Part shown: positions 1 through 9,882 of the stretch, one piece after another
How positions within the stretch are numbered: the stretch's first letter is position 1
How the letters are laid out: each line of letters begins with the position of its first letter
DNA from: Syntrophomonadaceae bacterium
GTDB lineage: Bacteria; Bacillota; Dethiobacteria; DTU022
DNA: 64,000 nucleotides
Assembly: GCA_007121075.1 (NCBI GenBank)
Contig: SKMK01000020.1
Coordinates: 59,647-123,646, forward strand
Direction of reading: 5' to 3'
Notes under the pieces: generated by a model
Told to the model about the DNA's origin: nothing
Database searches by the model: none
Seen by the model: only the letters and a program-made list of their open reading frames with translations
Position numbers and translations under genes: made by a program

Positions 1-168
1 GGTACTGTTGTCCATGATTCGGGCAGTATTGCCTCGCTTAAACGATATAAAGATGATGTTCGTGAGGTTTCTTCCGGCTATGAATGTGGTCTATTGCTGG
101 AAAACTTCAATGATCTGCAAGAAGGAGATATTATTGAAGCTTATGTAATGGAGCAGGTTGCTCGCTAG
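1..168 (+). CDS. infB: translation initiation factor IF-2, C-terminal fragment (gene starts upstream of window)
   Basis: The open frame from base 1 ends at TAG 166-168. Its translation [55 protein letters not shown] matches the conserved IF-2 C-terminal beta-barrel. rbfA lies immediately downstream, as in the infB operon. Confidence 0.8.
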   Translation, partial: GTVVHDSGSIASLKRYKDDVREVSSGYECGLLLENFNDLQEGDIIEAYVMEQVAR

Positions 169-214
169 GCTTTAATTTATTCGCCGTCTATTGTGCTACC
201 GGGAGGTTTTAATC

Positions 215-601
215 ATGACAGAAAACAGAGTACGGCGGGTTGCCGAGCAAATCAAGAAAGATATTGGCGGGATTATCAACTATGAAATTAAAGATCCGGG
301 TGTGGCGCGGATTACAAGCGTAACCGACGTCAGCCTGTCCAGGGATTTAAGACATGCCTCAGTTTATGTCAGTATTTATGGCAGCGATTCGGAAAAAGAA
401 GAAACTCTGCAGGCCCTGAACAGGGCGTCCGGGTTTATACGCACTGAAATAGGCAAACGGATCAGGCTAAGGCACACCCCTGAAATCAATTTCCGGCTTG
501 ATAATTCCATTGAATACGGGGCCTACATTGAAAGCGTAATAAGATCACTAAAAGAAGAAGAGAATGATAGCAATGACAGCGGATCGGGACAAGATTATTG
601 A
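215..601 (+). CDS. rbfA: ribosome-binding factor A
   Basis: ATG at 215 is preceded by GGGAGG (201-206). The ~128 aa product matches the RbfA family (KH-like; ...RHASVYVSIYG...TPEINFRLD). The position between infB and truB is conserved. Confidence 0.85.
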   Translation: MTENRVRRVAEQIKKDIGGIINYEIKDPGVARITSVTDVSLSRDLRHASVYVSIYGSDSEKEETLQALNRASGFIRTEIGKRIRLRHTPEINFRLDNSIEYGAYIESVIRSLKEEENDSNDSGSGQDY

Positions 602-1538
602 AGTATTAAAAGGAGAAGATCGTTTTTACCTGATCTCTCACATGCAGCCGGACGGCGACAGTATCGGCTCCCTGCTGGCCATGGGCGAAGGTCTGAAAAG
701 CATCGGGAAAGAGGTCAGGATGTTTACTCCCGGCCTCATACCCCGCAAATACAGCTTTTTAAACGGAGCTGATCGGGTGGAAAATGATATTGCCGACTGC
801 GATCCGCAAGTTACAGCAGTGATCCTTGACAGCAGTGATGCGGAAAGGCTGGGTATTCTTAAAGAATCGTTCATGGAGTGCCGCACGATAGTCAATATAG
901 ATCACCATGTTACCAACCAGTGGTATGGGACACTGAACCTGATCGATCCAAACGCCTCCGCTACCGGTGAGATAATTTACTATCTCTTGAATGAAATCGG
1001 AGTCTATCTGGATTACAGTATTGCCGAATCTCTTTATATAGCCATCTCTACCGATACAGGTTCTTTTAAATATGATAACACTACTCCAACAACTCACCGG
1101 GTAACCGCTGAACTGCTAAAACAGGGTTTAAGCCCGGGGACTCTTTCCCAGCGGGTCTTTGATGAGCGGCCCATGTCTTTTTATATAATGTTGAAAGAAG
1201 CTATTTCCAGCCTTGAAATCTATGAAAACAGGAAAATAGCCGTGATGACCCTGAGCCGTGATATCAGACAGCGCAGCGGAGCTTCTTCGGACGAACTGGA
1301 AGGGATCGTCAACTATACCCGCAATATCGAGGGTGTAGAACTGGGAATCCTATTTTACGTAGAAAATGGTAGCGAAGTTAAGGTTGGATTTCGCTCAAAA
1401 ACAGTCGATGTCAGTACTTTGGCCGGCAGATTGAACGGAGGCGGGCATGCCAGGGCGGCGGGATGCCGCCTTTATGAAGATTACCAGACCGCAAAAAGAA
1501 AAGTACTTGCCGAAGCTTTTAAAATGCTGGAACAGTAA
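564..1538 (+). CDS. nrnA: DHH-family phosphoesterase NrnA-like (oligoribonuclease/pAp phosphatase)
   Basis: It carries the DHH motif (NIDHHVT) and a DHHA1-type C-terminus (GGGHARAAG). The start is ATG 564 or ATG 573. It overlaps the rbfA 3' end, typical of the rbfA-nrnA-truB arrangement. Confidence 0.8.
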   Translation: MIAMTADRDKIIEVLKGEDRFYLISHMQPDGDSIGSLLAMGEGLKSIGKEVRMFTPGLIPRKYSFLNGADRVENDIADCDPQVTAVILDSSDAERLGILKESFMECRTIVNIDHHVTNQWYGTLNLIDPNASATGEIIYYLLNEIGVYLDYSIAESLYIAISTDTGSFKYDNTTPTTHRVTAELLKQGLSPGTLSQRVFDERPMSFYIMLKEAISSLEIYENRKIAVMTLSRDIRQRSGASSDELEGIVNYTRNIEGVELGILFYVENGSEVKVGFRSKTVDVSTLAGRLNGGGHARAAGCRLYEDYQTAKRKVLAEAFKMLEQ

Positions 1539-1559
1539 CCGGGATAAAGGGGTGGTGCA

Positions 1560-2495
1560 GTGGATGGAATAATTGTAATCAACAAACCACACGGTGCTAC
1601 TTCTCACCAGGCGGTCCAGGCGGTGCGGCGGCTTTTCCCCGGAGTAAAAGCAGGCCACTCCGGAACCCTGGATCCTATCGCAACCGGGGTCTTGCCGGTT
1701 TGCCTGGGCCGGGCAACCAGGATTGTTGAATATATTATAGAACATCCCAAAGCATACCGGGCGGCGGTAACCCTTGGTAAAACTACCGACACTGATGACT
1801 CTGCTGGGAAGGTAACCGCAACCAGGTCGGTTCCCGGTTTGGAAAAGTCCCGGGTCGAATCTTTGTTAGCCGGGTTTCAAGGGAGCATAGAACAGCTGCC
1901 GCCTCGATATTCAGCGGTTAAATACCGGGGGAAACCCCTGTACAGCTGGACCAGGAAAGGTGAAGAAGTGCCGAGGAAAACCCGCAGGGCTGAGATATAT
2001 AGGATTGAACTATTGCAGTTTAACCCGGATTGCGAACCACAGCTGATTTTCGATGTGAAATGCTCTAAGGGGACCTACATCCGGACCCTGGCAGTAGATA
2101 TAGGGAACGCGCTCGGTTGTGGTGGACATCTTGATTCCCTGGCCAGGCTGGCAGTGGGGCCTTTCGTCCTTGAACATTCTCATTCCCTGCCTGAAATAGA
2201 AAATTTGTGCAAGCATGGGCAGTACAGAAACTTGATCAGGCCCATGGATTCCGCCCTGGCCATGTTGCCGGCATTATCCCTGAATGATGCCCTTGTCGGC
2301 GCTTTGAAAAACGGGCAGGTTATCAGGCTTGACAGCAATGAAATCCAGAAGCAAGCGGACCTGGGCGAAAAAAAAGATAAGGGCAGGGATAAAGTCAGGG
2401 TTTATGATCAACGGGGTAATTTTAAAGCCATTGCCCGCCTGGAGCAAACCGGGGTTGAAGCCAGGCTGAAGACATTAAAATACCTGTCATCGTAA
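1560..2495 (+). CDS. truB: tRNA pseudouridine(55) synthase
   Basis: GTG start. It has the GHSGTLDP catalytic aspartate motif and a PUA-like C-terminus. Operon context supports it. Confidence 0.9.
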   Translation: MDGIIVINKPHGATSHQAVQAVRRLFPGVKAGHSGTLDPIATGVLPVCLGRATRIVEYIIEHPKAYRAAVTLGKTTDTDDSAGKVTATRSVPGLEKSRVESLLAGFQGSIEQLPPRYSAVKYRGKPLYSWTRKGEEVPRKTRRAEIYRIELLQFNPDCEPQLIFDVKCSKGTYIRTLAVDIGNALGCGGHLDSLARLAVGPFVLEHSHSLPEIENLCKHGQYRNLIRPMDSALAMLPALSLNDALVGALKNGQVIRLDSNEIQKQADLGEKKDKGRDKVRVYDQRGNFKAIARLEQTGVEARLKTLKYLSS

Positions 2496-2540
2496 ATTGT
2501 GTTATATTATTGGTTAGGTGTTGCAGAAAGGTGATCGAAG

Positions 2541-3536
2541 ATGGAGTTGATTAACGGCGCAGGCCGCCTTCCCGAAGAAGGGCGCCCCCTTTACATAGCA
2601 CTTGGTAATTTCGATGGTGTTCACCGGGGACACCAGGCAATATTGAAAGCGGCCGTTGAAAGGGCCAGGGAAGCGGGAGGTTCAAGCGCCGCACTGGTTT
2701 TTGATCCTCATCCCCTGATTGCCCTCAGGCCTGAACATCCGCTGACCTTACTGACCGATATAGCTGACCGGGCTGAAATAATGTCCGAGCTGGGTCTGGA
2801 TTATTTTATTGTTGAACCGTTTACTGCCGAACTGGCTGCCCTGACCCCGGAACAGTTTATCCGGAAAATACTGATTAACCGGCTCGGGGCCAGCGGTGTG
2901 TTTGTCGGAGAAAACTATTCTTTTGGCAAGCAGGGTACCGGCAGTGCCGATACATTAGTCTACTGGGGGCGGGAGCTAGGCTTTGAAGTGCATGTTATTC
3001 CCATGCTGCGCTATATGGGTAAAGAGGTGAGCAGTTCAAAAATCAGATCCCTGCTCCTTTCGGGCGCTGTCGGGGAGGCGGCCGACCTCCTCAACTATTA
3101 TTTTTTTCGGCAGGGCAAAGTGGTAAGGGGGTACGGTATCGGCAGGGAAATGGTCTACCCGACGGCCAACATAGCCGCTTCTTCCCGCCTGCTGTGGCCC
3201 GGCAGAGGGGTTTATTTAACCTCCGTTGACAACCTCAATGAAGGGATCCATTACGGGGTGACCAACATCGGTTCCAGGCCCACTTTTTCCGATCACGGCA
3301 CTTCCGTGGAAACTCATATCCTCGATTTTAACGGCACTATATATAACTATGAAATTCGGATCTGCTTCCTCAATAAATTAAGGGATACAAAAACATTTAC
3401 ATCGCCCCGCCAGCTTAAAGAGCAGATCGGAAAAGATATAGAAAAAGGGCGGGAAATAATCGAAAAACTAAACCAGGAAATAAGCGGCAGGAGCAATTCT
3501 TTACAAGCCGGATGTAGTGTGCTAAGATCGCTGTAG
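2541..3536 (+). CDS. ribF: bifunctional riboflavin kinase / FMN adenylyltransferase
   Basis: N-terminal FAD-synthetase motifs (ALGNFDGVHRGHQ) and a C-terminal riboflavin kinase domain (GYGIGR..PTANI). Conserved position downstream of truB. Confidence 0.9.
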   Translation: MELINGAGRLPEEGRPLYIALGNFDGVHRGHQAILKAAVERAREAGGSSAALVFDPHPLIALRPEHPLTLLTDIADRAEIMSELGLDYFIVEPFTAELAALTPEQFIRKILINRLGASGVFVGENYSFGKQGTGSADTLVYWGRELGFEVHVIPMLRYMGKEVSSSKIRSLLLSGAVGEAADLLNYYFFRQGKVVRGYGIGREMVYPTANIAASSRLLWPGRGVYLTSVDNLNEGIHYGVTNIGSRPTFSDHGTSVETHILDFNGTIYNYEIRICFLNKLRDTKTFTSPRQLKEQIGKDIEKGREIIEKLNQEISGRSNSLQAGCSVLRSL

Positions 3537-3616
3537 TCAGAACCGCTGGCTAGGTGAAGCGAATTCCCGGCGCTGTACTTGGCAAGCGGCGATTAATAAA
3601 AAGGGAGGATTCTATA

Positions 3617-3883
3617 ATGCTTGAGCTTGAAAAAAAGCAGGAGATCATTGATCAGTACAAAAGGCATGAAGGGGACACAGGTTCTCCGGAAGTTCAGATT
3701 GCGCTGCTGACAGCGCGAATTAATTACCTTACCGAACACTTGAAAACCCATAAGAAAGATTATCATTCCCAGCGCGGACTTTTGAAAATGGTAGGCCGGA
3801 GAAGAGGTCTGCTTAATTACCTGCGCGACCGATCTCCCGAACGCTACCAGGAAATTTTAAGTAAACTGGGCTTGCGGAAATAG
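3617..3883 (+). CDS. rpsO: 30S ribosomal protein S15
   Basis: ATG at 3617. The 88 aa product [32 protein letters not shown]...LLNYLR is canonical S15. The longer ORF-track start at 3554 is spurious. Confidence 0.9.
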   Translation: MLELEKKQEIIDQYKRHEGDTGSPEVQIALLTARINYLTEHLKTHKKDYHSQRGLLKMVGRRRGLLNYLRDRSPERYQEILSKLGLRK

Positions 3884-3894
3884 TGGAATATTTA

Positions 3895-3916
3895 ACACGG
3901 GGGCAAGCCCCCGTGT
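3895..3916 (+). terminator. stem-loop between rpsO and pnp (attenuator / RNase III-type processing hairpin)
   Basis: ACACGGGGG-CAAG-CCCCCGTGT is a perfect 9-bp stem followed by a weak U-run. It is the classic position of the rpsO terminator / pnp leader structure. Confidence 0.55.
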
Positions 3917-3957
3917 TTCAGTTGTAAAACTTGAGCAGTTGAGAGGAGTATCAGTAT

Positions 3958-6144
3958 ATGCAATCTTATACCATGGAACTGCAGGGGAAAACCCTGACTC
4001 TTGAAACCGGCAGGCTGGCCAAGCAGGCCAGCGGAGCCGTCCTGGTTCGGTACGGAGACACGGTGGTCCTGGTTACGGCTACTGCTTCCGATGAGCCGCG
4101 TGAAGGTGTGGATTTTTTCCCGATGACTGTTGATTACGAGGAAAGGCATTACGCCGTGGGCCGGATCCCCGGTGGTTTCATCAAGAGAGAAGGACGCCCG
4201 ACAGAAAGGGCAATTTTAGGATGCCGCCTTACCGACCGGGCCCTGCGGCCGCTTTTCCCCAAGGGTTTCCGCAATTCAGTCCATATAGTGAGTACTGTCC
4301 TGTCCATGGACCAGGACTGCCCACCGGAATCACTTTCCATTATTGGGGCATCGGCAGCCCTGTCCATATCGAAAATACCTTTTGACGGCCCGGTGGCCGC
4401 CGTTATAGTCGGTTTGATCGACGGTGAGCCGGTGGTCTACCCCGACCAGGCGCAGCTGCAGCAGAGCGACCTGCACCTGATGTTGGCCGGGACCAAAGAT
4501 GCTGTAATGATGGTAGAAGCCGGCGCCCAGGAGATCAGCAGGGAAGATGTGTTGAAATGCATCGAGGCCGGCCATGAGGGGATCAAAGAAATTGTAGCCC
4601 TTGAAGAACAGATGGTTAATGACTGGGGAACTGAAAAAATGGAAGTCCCCGAAGCAGAGCTGCCGGCAGAAATGGCTGAAGAAGTAGAACCGGCCATTAA
4701 GGAAGGGATCAGCGAAGCCCTTCAGATTGCCGACAAGCAGGAACGTGAAGACAGGTTGGCTGCTTTTAAAAATGAAATTGTGGAAAACTACCTGGAAAAA
4801 TACCCGGAAAACGAAGCGGAACTGGCCAAGGTTTTTGAAAAAGTCCTCAAGGAAACCCTGCGCGAGATGGTTATTAACCAGGAACTGCGGGCCGATGGGC
4901 GAAAACCTAAAGAGATCAGGCCGATAACCAGCGAAGCATCGGTGCTGCCCCGGACCCACGGATCGGCCATTTTTACCCGCGGCCAGACCCAGGTCCTTAG
5001 CATCTGCACCCTCTCCGCTCTGCGGGACGTACAGATCATTGACGGGCTGGGCCTGGAAGAATCAAAGCGTTTTATGCACCACTATAATTTCCCGCCCTAC
5101 AGTGTCGGGGAAGCCGGTTTTATGCGCGGCCCCGGGCGAAGGGAAATCGGACACGGCGCCCTGGCTGAAAGGGCCCTGGAGCCGGTTGTTCCTTCAGAAG
5201 ACGAGTTCCCCTACACCGTGCGCCTGGTTTCAGAAGTGCTTGAATCAAACGGTTCTACTTCCATGGGCAGCGTATGTTCGTCTTCAATGGCAATGATGGA
5301 TACCGGGGTCCCGGTTAAACGGGCAGTAGGCGGAATCGCCATGGGCCTGATCAAGGAAGATGATGATGTGGTGATCCTATCCGATATCCAGGGCGTTGAA
5401 GACTTCCTGGGAGACATGGACTTTAAAGTGGCCGGAACCGAGCAGGGCATTACCGCCCTGCAGATGGATATAAAAATCAAGGGCATCTCACGAGAAATAC
5501 TGCAGGAAGCCCTGGAGCAGGCCGATATTGGATATAAATATATCTTAAGTAAAATGAATGAAGTGATCAGCGAACCGCGACCCGAACTGTCGCCGAATGC
5601 ACCGCGCATGATCAGGCTTCAAATCCCGGTTGATAAAATCAGGGATGTTATCGGCCCTGGCGGTAAGATGATTAACAAAATCATTGCCGATACCGGTGTT
5701 GATATCGATATAGAACCGGATGGAAGGGTATTTATCGCTTCGGTTGACCCTGAAGGCGGCCAGAAGGCGAAAGAAATTATTGAAAACCTGGTTAAAGAAA
5801 TCGAGCCGGGTGAGATCTACATGGGGAAAGTTACCCGGATCGAACGGTACGGGGCCTTCGTCGAACTGCTCCCCGGACAGGAAGGACTGCTGCATATATC
5901 AAACCTTGACCACCACCGGGTGGATAAAACAGAGGATGTGCTTAACCTCGGCGATGAAGTCGAAGTCAAAGTGCTGGATATTGATGACAGGGGAAGGATT
6001 GACCTCTCCAGGAAGGCTCTGCTGAAAAAGCCGGCCGGAAGCGGCAGCGGCGATAGCGGCGGCGGAAGCTCTCCACGGGGTGACGATAAACCACCGCGGG
6101 GCGGCGGAAAACCTCCCAGGGGCCGAGGTAAGTTCGATTCTTAA
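3958..6144 (+). CDS. pnp: polyribonucleotide nucleotidyltransferase (PNPase)
   Basis: Two RNase PH domains, KH and S1 domains and a GxxG motif. The RBS GAGAGGAG precedes ATG 3958. The C-terminus carries an extra Gly/Arg-rich tail ([35 protein letters not shown]). Confidence 0.95.
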   Translation: MQSYTMELQGKTLTLETGRLAKQASGAVLVRYGDTVVLVTATASDEPREGVDFFPMTVDYEERHYAVGRIPGGFIKREGRPTERAILGCRLTDRALRPLFPKGFRNSVHIVSTVLSMDQDCPPESLSIIGASAALSISKIPFDGPVAAVIVGLIDGEPVVYPDQAQLQQSDLHLMLAGTKDAVMMVEAGAQEISREDVLKCIEAGHEGIKEIVALEEQMVNDWGTEKMEVPEAELPAEMAEEVEPAIKEGISEALQIADKQEREDRLAAFKNEIVENYLEKYPENEAELAKVFEKVLKETLREMVINQELRADGRKPKEIRPITSEASVLPRTHGSAIFTRGQTQVLSICTLSALRDVQIIDGLGLEESKRFMHHYNFPPYSVGEAGFMRGPGRREIGHGALAERALEPVVPSEDEFPYTVRLVSEVLESNGSTSMGSVCSSSMAMMDTGVPVKRAVGGIAMGLIKEDDDVVILSDIQGVEDFLGDMDFKVAGTEQGITALQMDIKIKGISREILQEALEQADIGYKYILSKMNEVISEPRPELSPNAPRMIRLQIPVDKIRDVIGPGGKMINKIIADTGVDIDIEPDGRVFIASVDPEGGQKAKEIIENLVKEIEPGEIYMGKVTRIERYGAFVELLPGQEGLLHISNLDHHRVDKTEDVLNLGDEVEVKVLDIDDRGRIDLSRKALLKKPAGSGSGDSGGGSSPRGDDKPPRGGGKPPRGRGKFDS

Positions 6145-6164
6145 AACTGATAGCAACAAGGATT

Positions 6165-6191
6165 AAAAAACCCTAGCTGCCAGGGTTTTTT
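6165..6191 (+). terminator. rho-independent terminator of pnp
   Basis: AACCCT-agctgcc-AGGGTT stem followed by TTTTTT. Confidence 0.7.
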
Positions 6192-6263
6192 ATGTGATCC
6201 ATCGTGAATAGATGCTGGAAGATACGGTTTTTTACTGCAAAGGTATAATGAAGGGAGAAATAA

Positions 6264-6722
6264 TTGAACCGGCAACTGGTAATTCTGCCCCTGAAGCGGG
6301 CTGAACATGCAGTGGATATACCTATGCCCCGCTATATGACGGCAGGTGCCTCGGGCCTGGATCTTTATGCTGCGGTTGAGGGAGAGGAGACCATCAACCC
6401 CGGCGAACTGGCCTTGATTTCCTCCGGCCTGAGGGCCGCTGTTCCTCCCGGGTATGAACTGCAAATCAGGCCCCGCAGCGGCCTGGCTGCCAAAAACGGG
6501 ATCGGTATCTTAAATTCACCCGGTACAATTGACTCCGACTACCGTGGTGAGATCAAGGTGATCATGATCAACCTGGGTCCGGAACCTTTTACGGTTAAAA
6601 GAAAGGACAGGATCGCCCAGATGGTCTTATGCCCCGTGGTACGGGCAGAAATAACAGAAGTTTCAAAGCTGCCGGACAGCGATCGCAGCGACGGGGGCTT
6701 TGGCCACACCGGCAGTTCCTGA
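6264..6722 (+). CDS. dut: dUTP diphosphatase
   Basis: TTG start with an upstream AAGGGAG. It has trimeric dUTPase motifs (AGASGLDLYA, RPRSGLA, GTIDSDYRGEI). Confidence 0.9.
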   Translation: MNRQLVILPLKRAEHAVDIPMPRYMTAGASGLDLYAAVEGEETINPGELALISSGLRAAVPPGYELQIRPRSGLAAKNGIGILNSPGTIDSDYRGEIKVIMINLGPEPFTVKRKDRIAQMVLCPVVRAEITEVSKLPDSDRSDGGFGHTGSS

Positions 6723-6793
6723 GGGGTAAACCCAGGCCGGTGCATGCATTGAAGCTGTTAAATAATTGAACCAGCTAATAATGGAGGCTAATT

Positions 6794-8494
6794 TTGGCAA
6801 AGAAAAGTAAAAAAAGTAAAAACATACAGCTGATCCCTCTCGGAGGGGTTGGCGAGATCGGTAAAAATATGTTTGTTCTACAGTACGGCAAAGAGTGCAT
6901 TATAATGGATGCAGGTTTAAAATTTCCGGATGAAGCGATGCTGGGAGTAGACATAGTAATTCCCGATACTTCGTACCTGCTGGAGCAAGATCTTGATATC
7001 CTGGGGATTATCCTCACCCACGGGCACGAAGATCATATCGGGGCAATTCCCTATATTATCGAAGAGCTCAAGGCTCCGATTTACGGAACCCGCCTGACCC
7101 TGGGCCTGCTTGAAGCCAAGTTTAGGGAAAACCCGGTCGGAGACATCGAAATGAATGAAATCAATCCCGATCAGAGGTTGATCCTGTCCGATAATTTTAA
7201 ACTTGACTTTTTCAGGACCAACCACAGCATCCCCGATTCGGTAGGCGTATCAGTTGAAACACCGGTTGGCACAGTGGTCTATACCAGCGACTTCAAATTT
7301 GACCAGACCCCGGTGGACGGCAAAATTACTGAGTACCACAAGCTGGCTGAACTGGGACGAAAAGGAATTGTGGCGGCCTTGATCGATTCAACCAACGCTG
7401 ACCGCCCCGGCTATACTTTTTCGGAAAAAGAAGTCGGCGAAAGCATAAACGAGATCTTTCGCCTTTCCCGGAGCAGGATTATCCTGGCCACTTTTGCTTC
7501 CAATATCCACCGCATCCAGCAGGTAATTGACGCGGCGATCCGTTACGACCGCAAGGTATGCGTGGTTGGCAGGAGTATTGTCAATTCGGTGGATATTTCG
7601 ACCGAGCTGGGTTACCTGACTATACCGAAAGGCCTTCTTATTGACACCGATAAGGTTTCTGATTTTCCTGCTGAAAAAGTGGCCTTGATTACCACTGGCA
7701 GCCAGGGCGAACCGATGTCGGCCCTGACCAGGATATCGCAATCCGAACACCGCCAGGTCCAAATCCAGCCGGGCGATACGGTGATCATTGCCGCCAACCC
7801 GATTCCCGGAAACGAAAAACTGGTAGCCCGGACCGTGAATAACCTGTTCCAGCTAAAAGCGGATGTCATCTATAAACCTGTTTCCGGTGTCCATGTCTCC
7901 GGCCACGGTAGCGAAGAAGAAATTAAGCTTATGCTAAACATGCTGCGCCCTGGTTATATTATTCCCGTTCACGGAGAGTACCGCCAGCAGGCTAACTGTT
8001 CCAAGATCGCCGGCAAAGTGGGCATCCCGGAGGAGAATGTATTCCTGGTTAAACCGGGTAATGTAATGGAATTTTCGAACGGCTGGGGCAGGATGTCCGG
8101 CTCAGTTTCAGCGGGCAGGGTATTGGTTGACGGTTTTGGCGTTGGGGATGTCGGTGAAGTGGTGATCCGAGATCGCCAGATGCTGTCTGAGGATGGGATC
8201 GTAATCATTATCCTGGCCCTTGATCCCGAAAAAAATAAAATTTTAGCCGGGCCCGAGATCATCACCCGCGGCTTCGTTTATGTCCGCGAGTCGGAAGATA
8301 TGCTGGAAGGGGCAAAAGGAGAACTAAACAAAACTATTGACCGGATCAGCCGCCAAAAGATCCAGGAGTGGAACAAGATTAAATCCAGGATCAGGGATTC
8401 TGCCGGAACTTATTTTTACAACCGCACCGGCCGCAAGCCGATGATCTTGCCTATAATCATCGATGTTCCTTCCAACGGGGAGCCTAAAAAGTAA
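6794..8494 (+). CDS. rnj: ribonuclease J
   Basis: Metallo-beta-lactamase HxHxDH motif (THGHEDHIG), a beta-CASP domain and an RNase J C-terminal domain. About 555 aa. Confidence 0.9.
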   Translation: MAKKSKKSKNIQLIPLGGVGEIGKNMFVLQYGKECIIMDAGLKFPDEAMLGVDIVIPDTSYLLEQDLDILGIILTHGHEDHIGAIPYIIEELKAPIYGTRLTLGLLEAKFRENPVGDIEMNEINPDQRLILSDNFKLDFFRTNHSIPDSVGVSVETPVGTVVYTSDFKFDQTPVDGKITEYHKLAELGRKGIVAALIDSTNADRPGYTFSEKEVGESINEIFRLSRSRIILATFASNIHRIQQVIDAAIRYDRKVCVVGRSIVNSVDISTELGYLTIPKGLLIDTDKVSDFPAEKVALITTGSQGEPMSALTRISQSEHRQVQIQPGDTVIIAANPIPGNEKLVARTVNNLFQLKADVIYKPVSGVHVSGHGSEEEIKLMLNMLRPGYIIPVHGEYRQQANCSKIAGKVGIPEENVFLVKPGNVMEFSNGWGRMSGSVSAGRVLVDGFGVGDVGEVVIRDRQMLSEDGIVIIILALDPEKNKILAGPEIITRGFVYVRESEDMLEGAKGELNKTIDRISRQKIQEWNKIKSRIRDSAGTYFYNRTGRKPMILPIIIDVPSNGEPKK

Positions 8495-8518
8495 ACCCCG
8501 GCCGTAGGATTAAATTTT

Positions 8519-8549
8519 GGGAGCGCTGCGGCGTTCCTTTATTTTTTTT
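8519..8549 (+). terminator. rho-independent terminator after rnj
   Basis: GGAGCGC-tgcg-GCGTTCC hairpin followed by TTTATTTTTTTT. Confidence 0.6.
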
Positions 8550-8686
8550 GGCTGTGAAGGATTTTTATTGAAGTAGTAGAAAATAAATAACCAGGAAAAC
8601 TATCAGGAAATATAGCTATACCGGAGAGCTTGTATCGAACCGAACCGAAGGGGCAAGAGCATTTAACTAACGAGGAGGAGAAAAAA

Positions 8687-9781
8687 GTGAAAACAACCTT
8701 GAGTGTTATTAAAGCCGACATCGGCAGCATAGCCGGCCATATCAGACCCAGCGAGGCTTTAATCAAGGCGGTTAAGGATTGCATTGAGCGGGAACTGGGT
8801 AAACTGATAACTGATTACTATGTTGGCAACACCGGCGATGATGTGGCGATCCTGTTCTGCCATACTCAGGGAGAAGGGTGCACAGAATTGCACAAGCTGG
8901 CCTGGGATGCATTTATCTGCGGGACCGAGAAGGCCAGGGAACAGGGTTTGTACGGAGCGGGCCAGGATCTGCTGGCAGACGCTTTTTCAGGCAACGTCAA
9001 AGGTTTGGGACCTGCCGTGGCGGAAATGGAAATAGAAGAGCGAAAAGCGGAACCATTTTTGTTGTTTACTGCAGATAAAACCGATCCGGGTGCTTACAAC
9101 CTGCCATTATATTTAAGTTTTGCCGACCCGATGCACTGTTCCGGGCTAATCCTGTCACCCAAAATCAGCCAGGGATTTAAGTTTGTGATCCTGGATGTGG
9201 AGCATACAGAACAGGACCGGGTAATAGAACTATGCACCCCCGAAGAAACATATGATATTGCGGCGCTGCTCCGTGACAATGAACGCTTTGTGGTTTCGGC
9301 TATTTATTCCCGCTCCACCGGCGAACGGGCTATAGCAGCCAGCACTACTCGCCTGCACAATATTGCGGGAACCTATACCGGCAAAGACGATCCGGTTATG
9401 CTGATTCGCTGTCAGGGTGATTTTCCGGCCACCGGGGAAATCCTTTCGCCCTACAGTATCGGGCATTACGTAGCCGGTTTCATGCGGGGCAGCCATACAG
9501 GCCCGCTAATGCCGGCCAAGATGGGCTGCAGTATTTCGTATTTTGACGGGCCGCCGGTTGTTAGCGCGGCAGGTTTCTGTGTCCATAACGGAAAGCTGAC
9601 GGAACCGGTGGACTGTTTTGATCACCCCTACTGGGACTATATCAGGGATAAAGTGTCCCGTAAAGCTTTTGATATGAGAGAGCAGGGCTTTTCCGGCCCG
9701 GCAATGCTGCATTATTCGGAACTGGAGTACGGGGGTATAGTCGAAACCATGAAAAAGCTGGACAGTAAATTTTCCTGTTAA
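8687..9781 (+). CDS. fbp: fructose-1,6-bisphosphate aldolase/phosphatase (class V, archaeal-type bifunctional FBPase)
   Basis: GTG at 8687 is preceded by GGAGGAG. The N-terminus VKTTLSVIKADIGSIAGH and the overall ~364 aa architecture match the FBP aldolase/phosphatase (FBPase V) family. Confidence 0.75.
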   Translation: MKTTLSVIKADIGSIAGHIRPSEALIKAVKDCIERELGKLITDYYVGNTGDDVAILFCHTQGEGCTELHKLAWDAFICGTEKAREQGLYGAGQDLLADAFSGNVKGLGPAVAEMEIEERKAEPFLLFTADKTDPGAYNLPLYLSFADPMHCSGLILSPKISQGFKFVILDVEHTEQDRVIELCTPEETYDIAALLRDNERFVVSAIYSRSTGERAIAASTTRLHNIAGTYTGKDDPVMLIRCQGDFPATGEILSPYSIGHYVAGFMRGSHTGPLMPAKMGCSISYFDGPPVVSAAGFCVHNGKLTEPVDCFDHPYWDYIRDKVSRKAFDMREQGFSGPAMLHYSELEYGGIVETMKKLDSKFSC

Positions 9782-9813
9782 ATGCTATAATCAGCATACA
9801 TAGAACTGGTATG

Positions 9814-9842
9814 CAGGGCTGCCTCACCGGGCAGCCCTGTTG
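9814..9842 (+). terminator. terminator hairpin after fbp
   Basis: CAGGGCTGCC-tcaccg-GGCAGCCCTG is a perfect 10-bp stem, followed by TTGGG; the U-tract is weak. Confidence 0.45.
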
Positions 9843-9882
9843 GGTAAAATCAGACCACGGTCAATGAAGGGAAGAGGAGAAA

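Noticed and set aside
3554-3616. N-terminal extension of rpsO from the ORF-track start
   Set aside because: S15 homology begins at ATG 3617 ([11 protein letters not shown]...). The upstream residues have no homology and would displace the RBS.
4330-4959. 209-aa minus-strand ORF, and other long antisense ORFs (e.g. 38302-38955, 39872-40531, 51334-51966, 55819-56586)
   Set aside because: They lie entirely inside, and antisense to, strongly supported genes (pnp, miaA, mutL, rocD, the glycyl radical enzyme). They have compositional-artifact amino-acid usage and no RBS.
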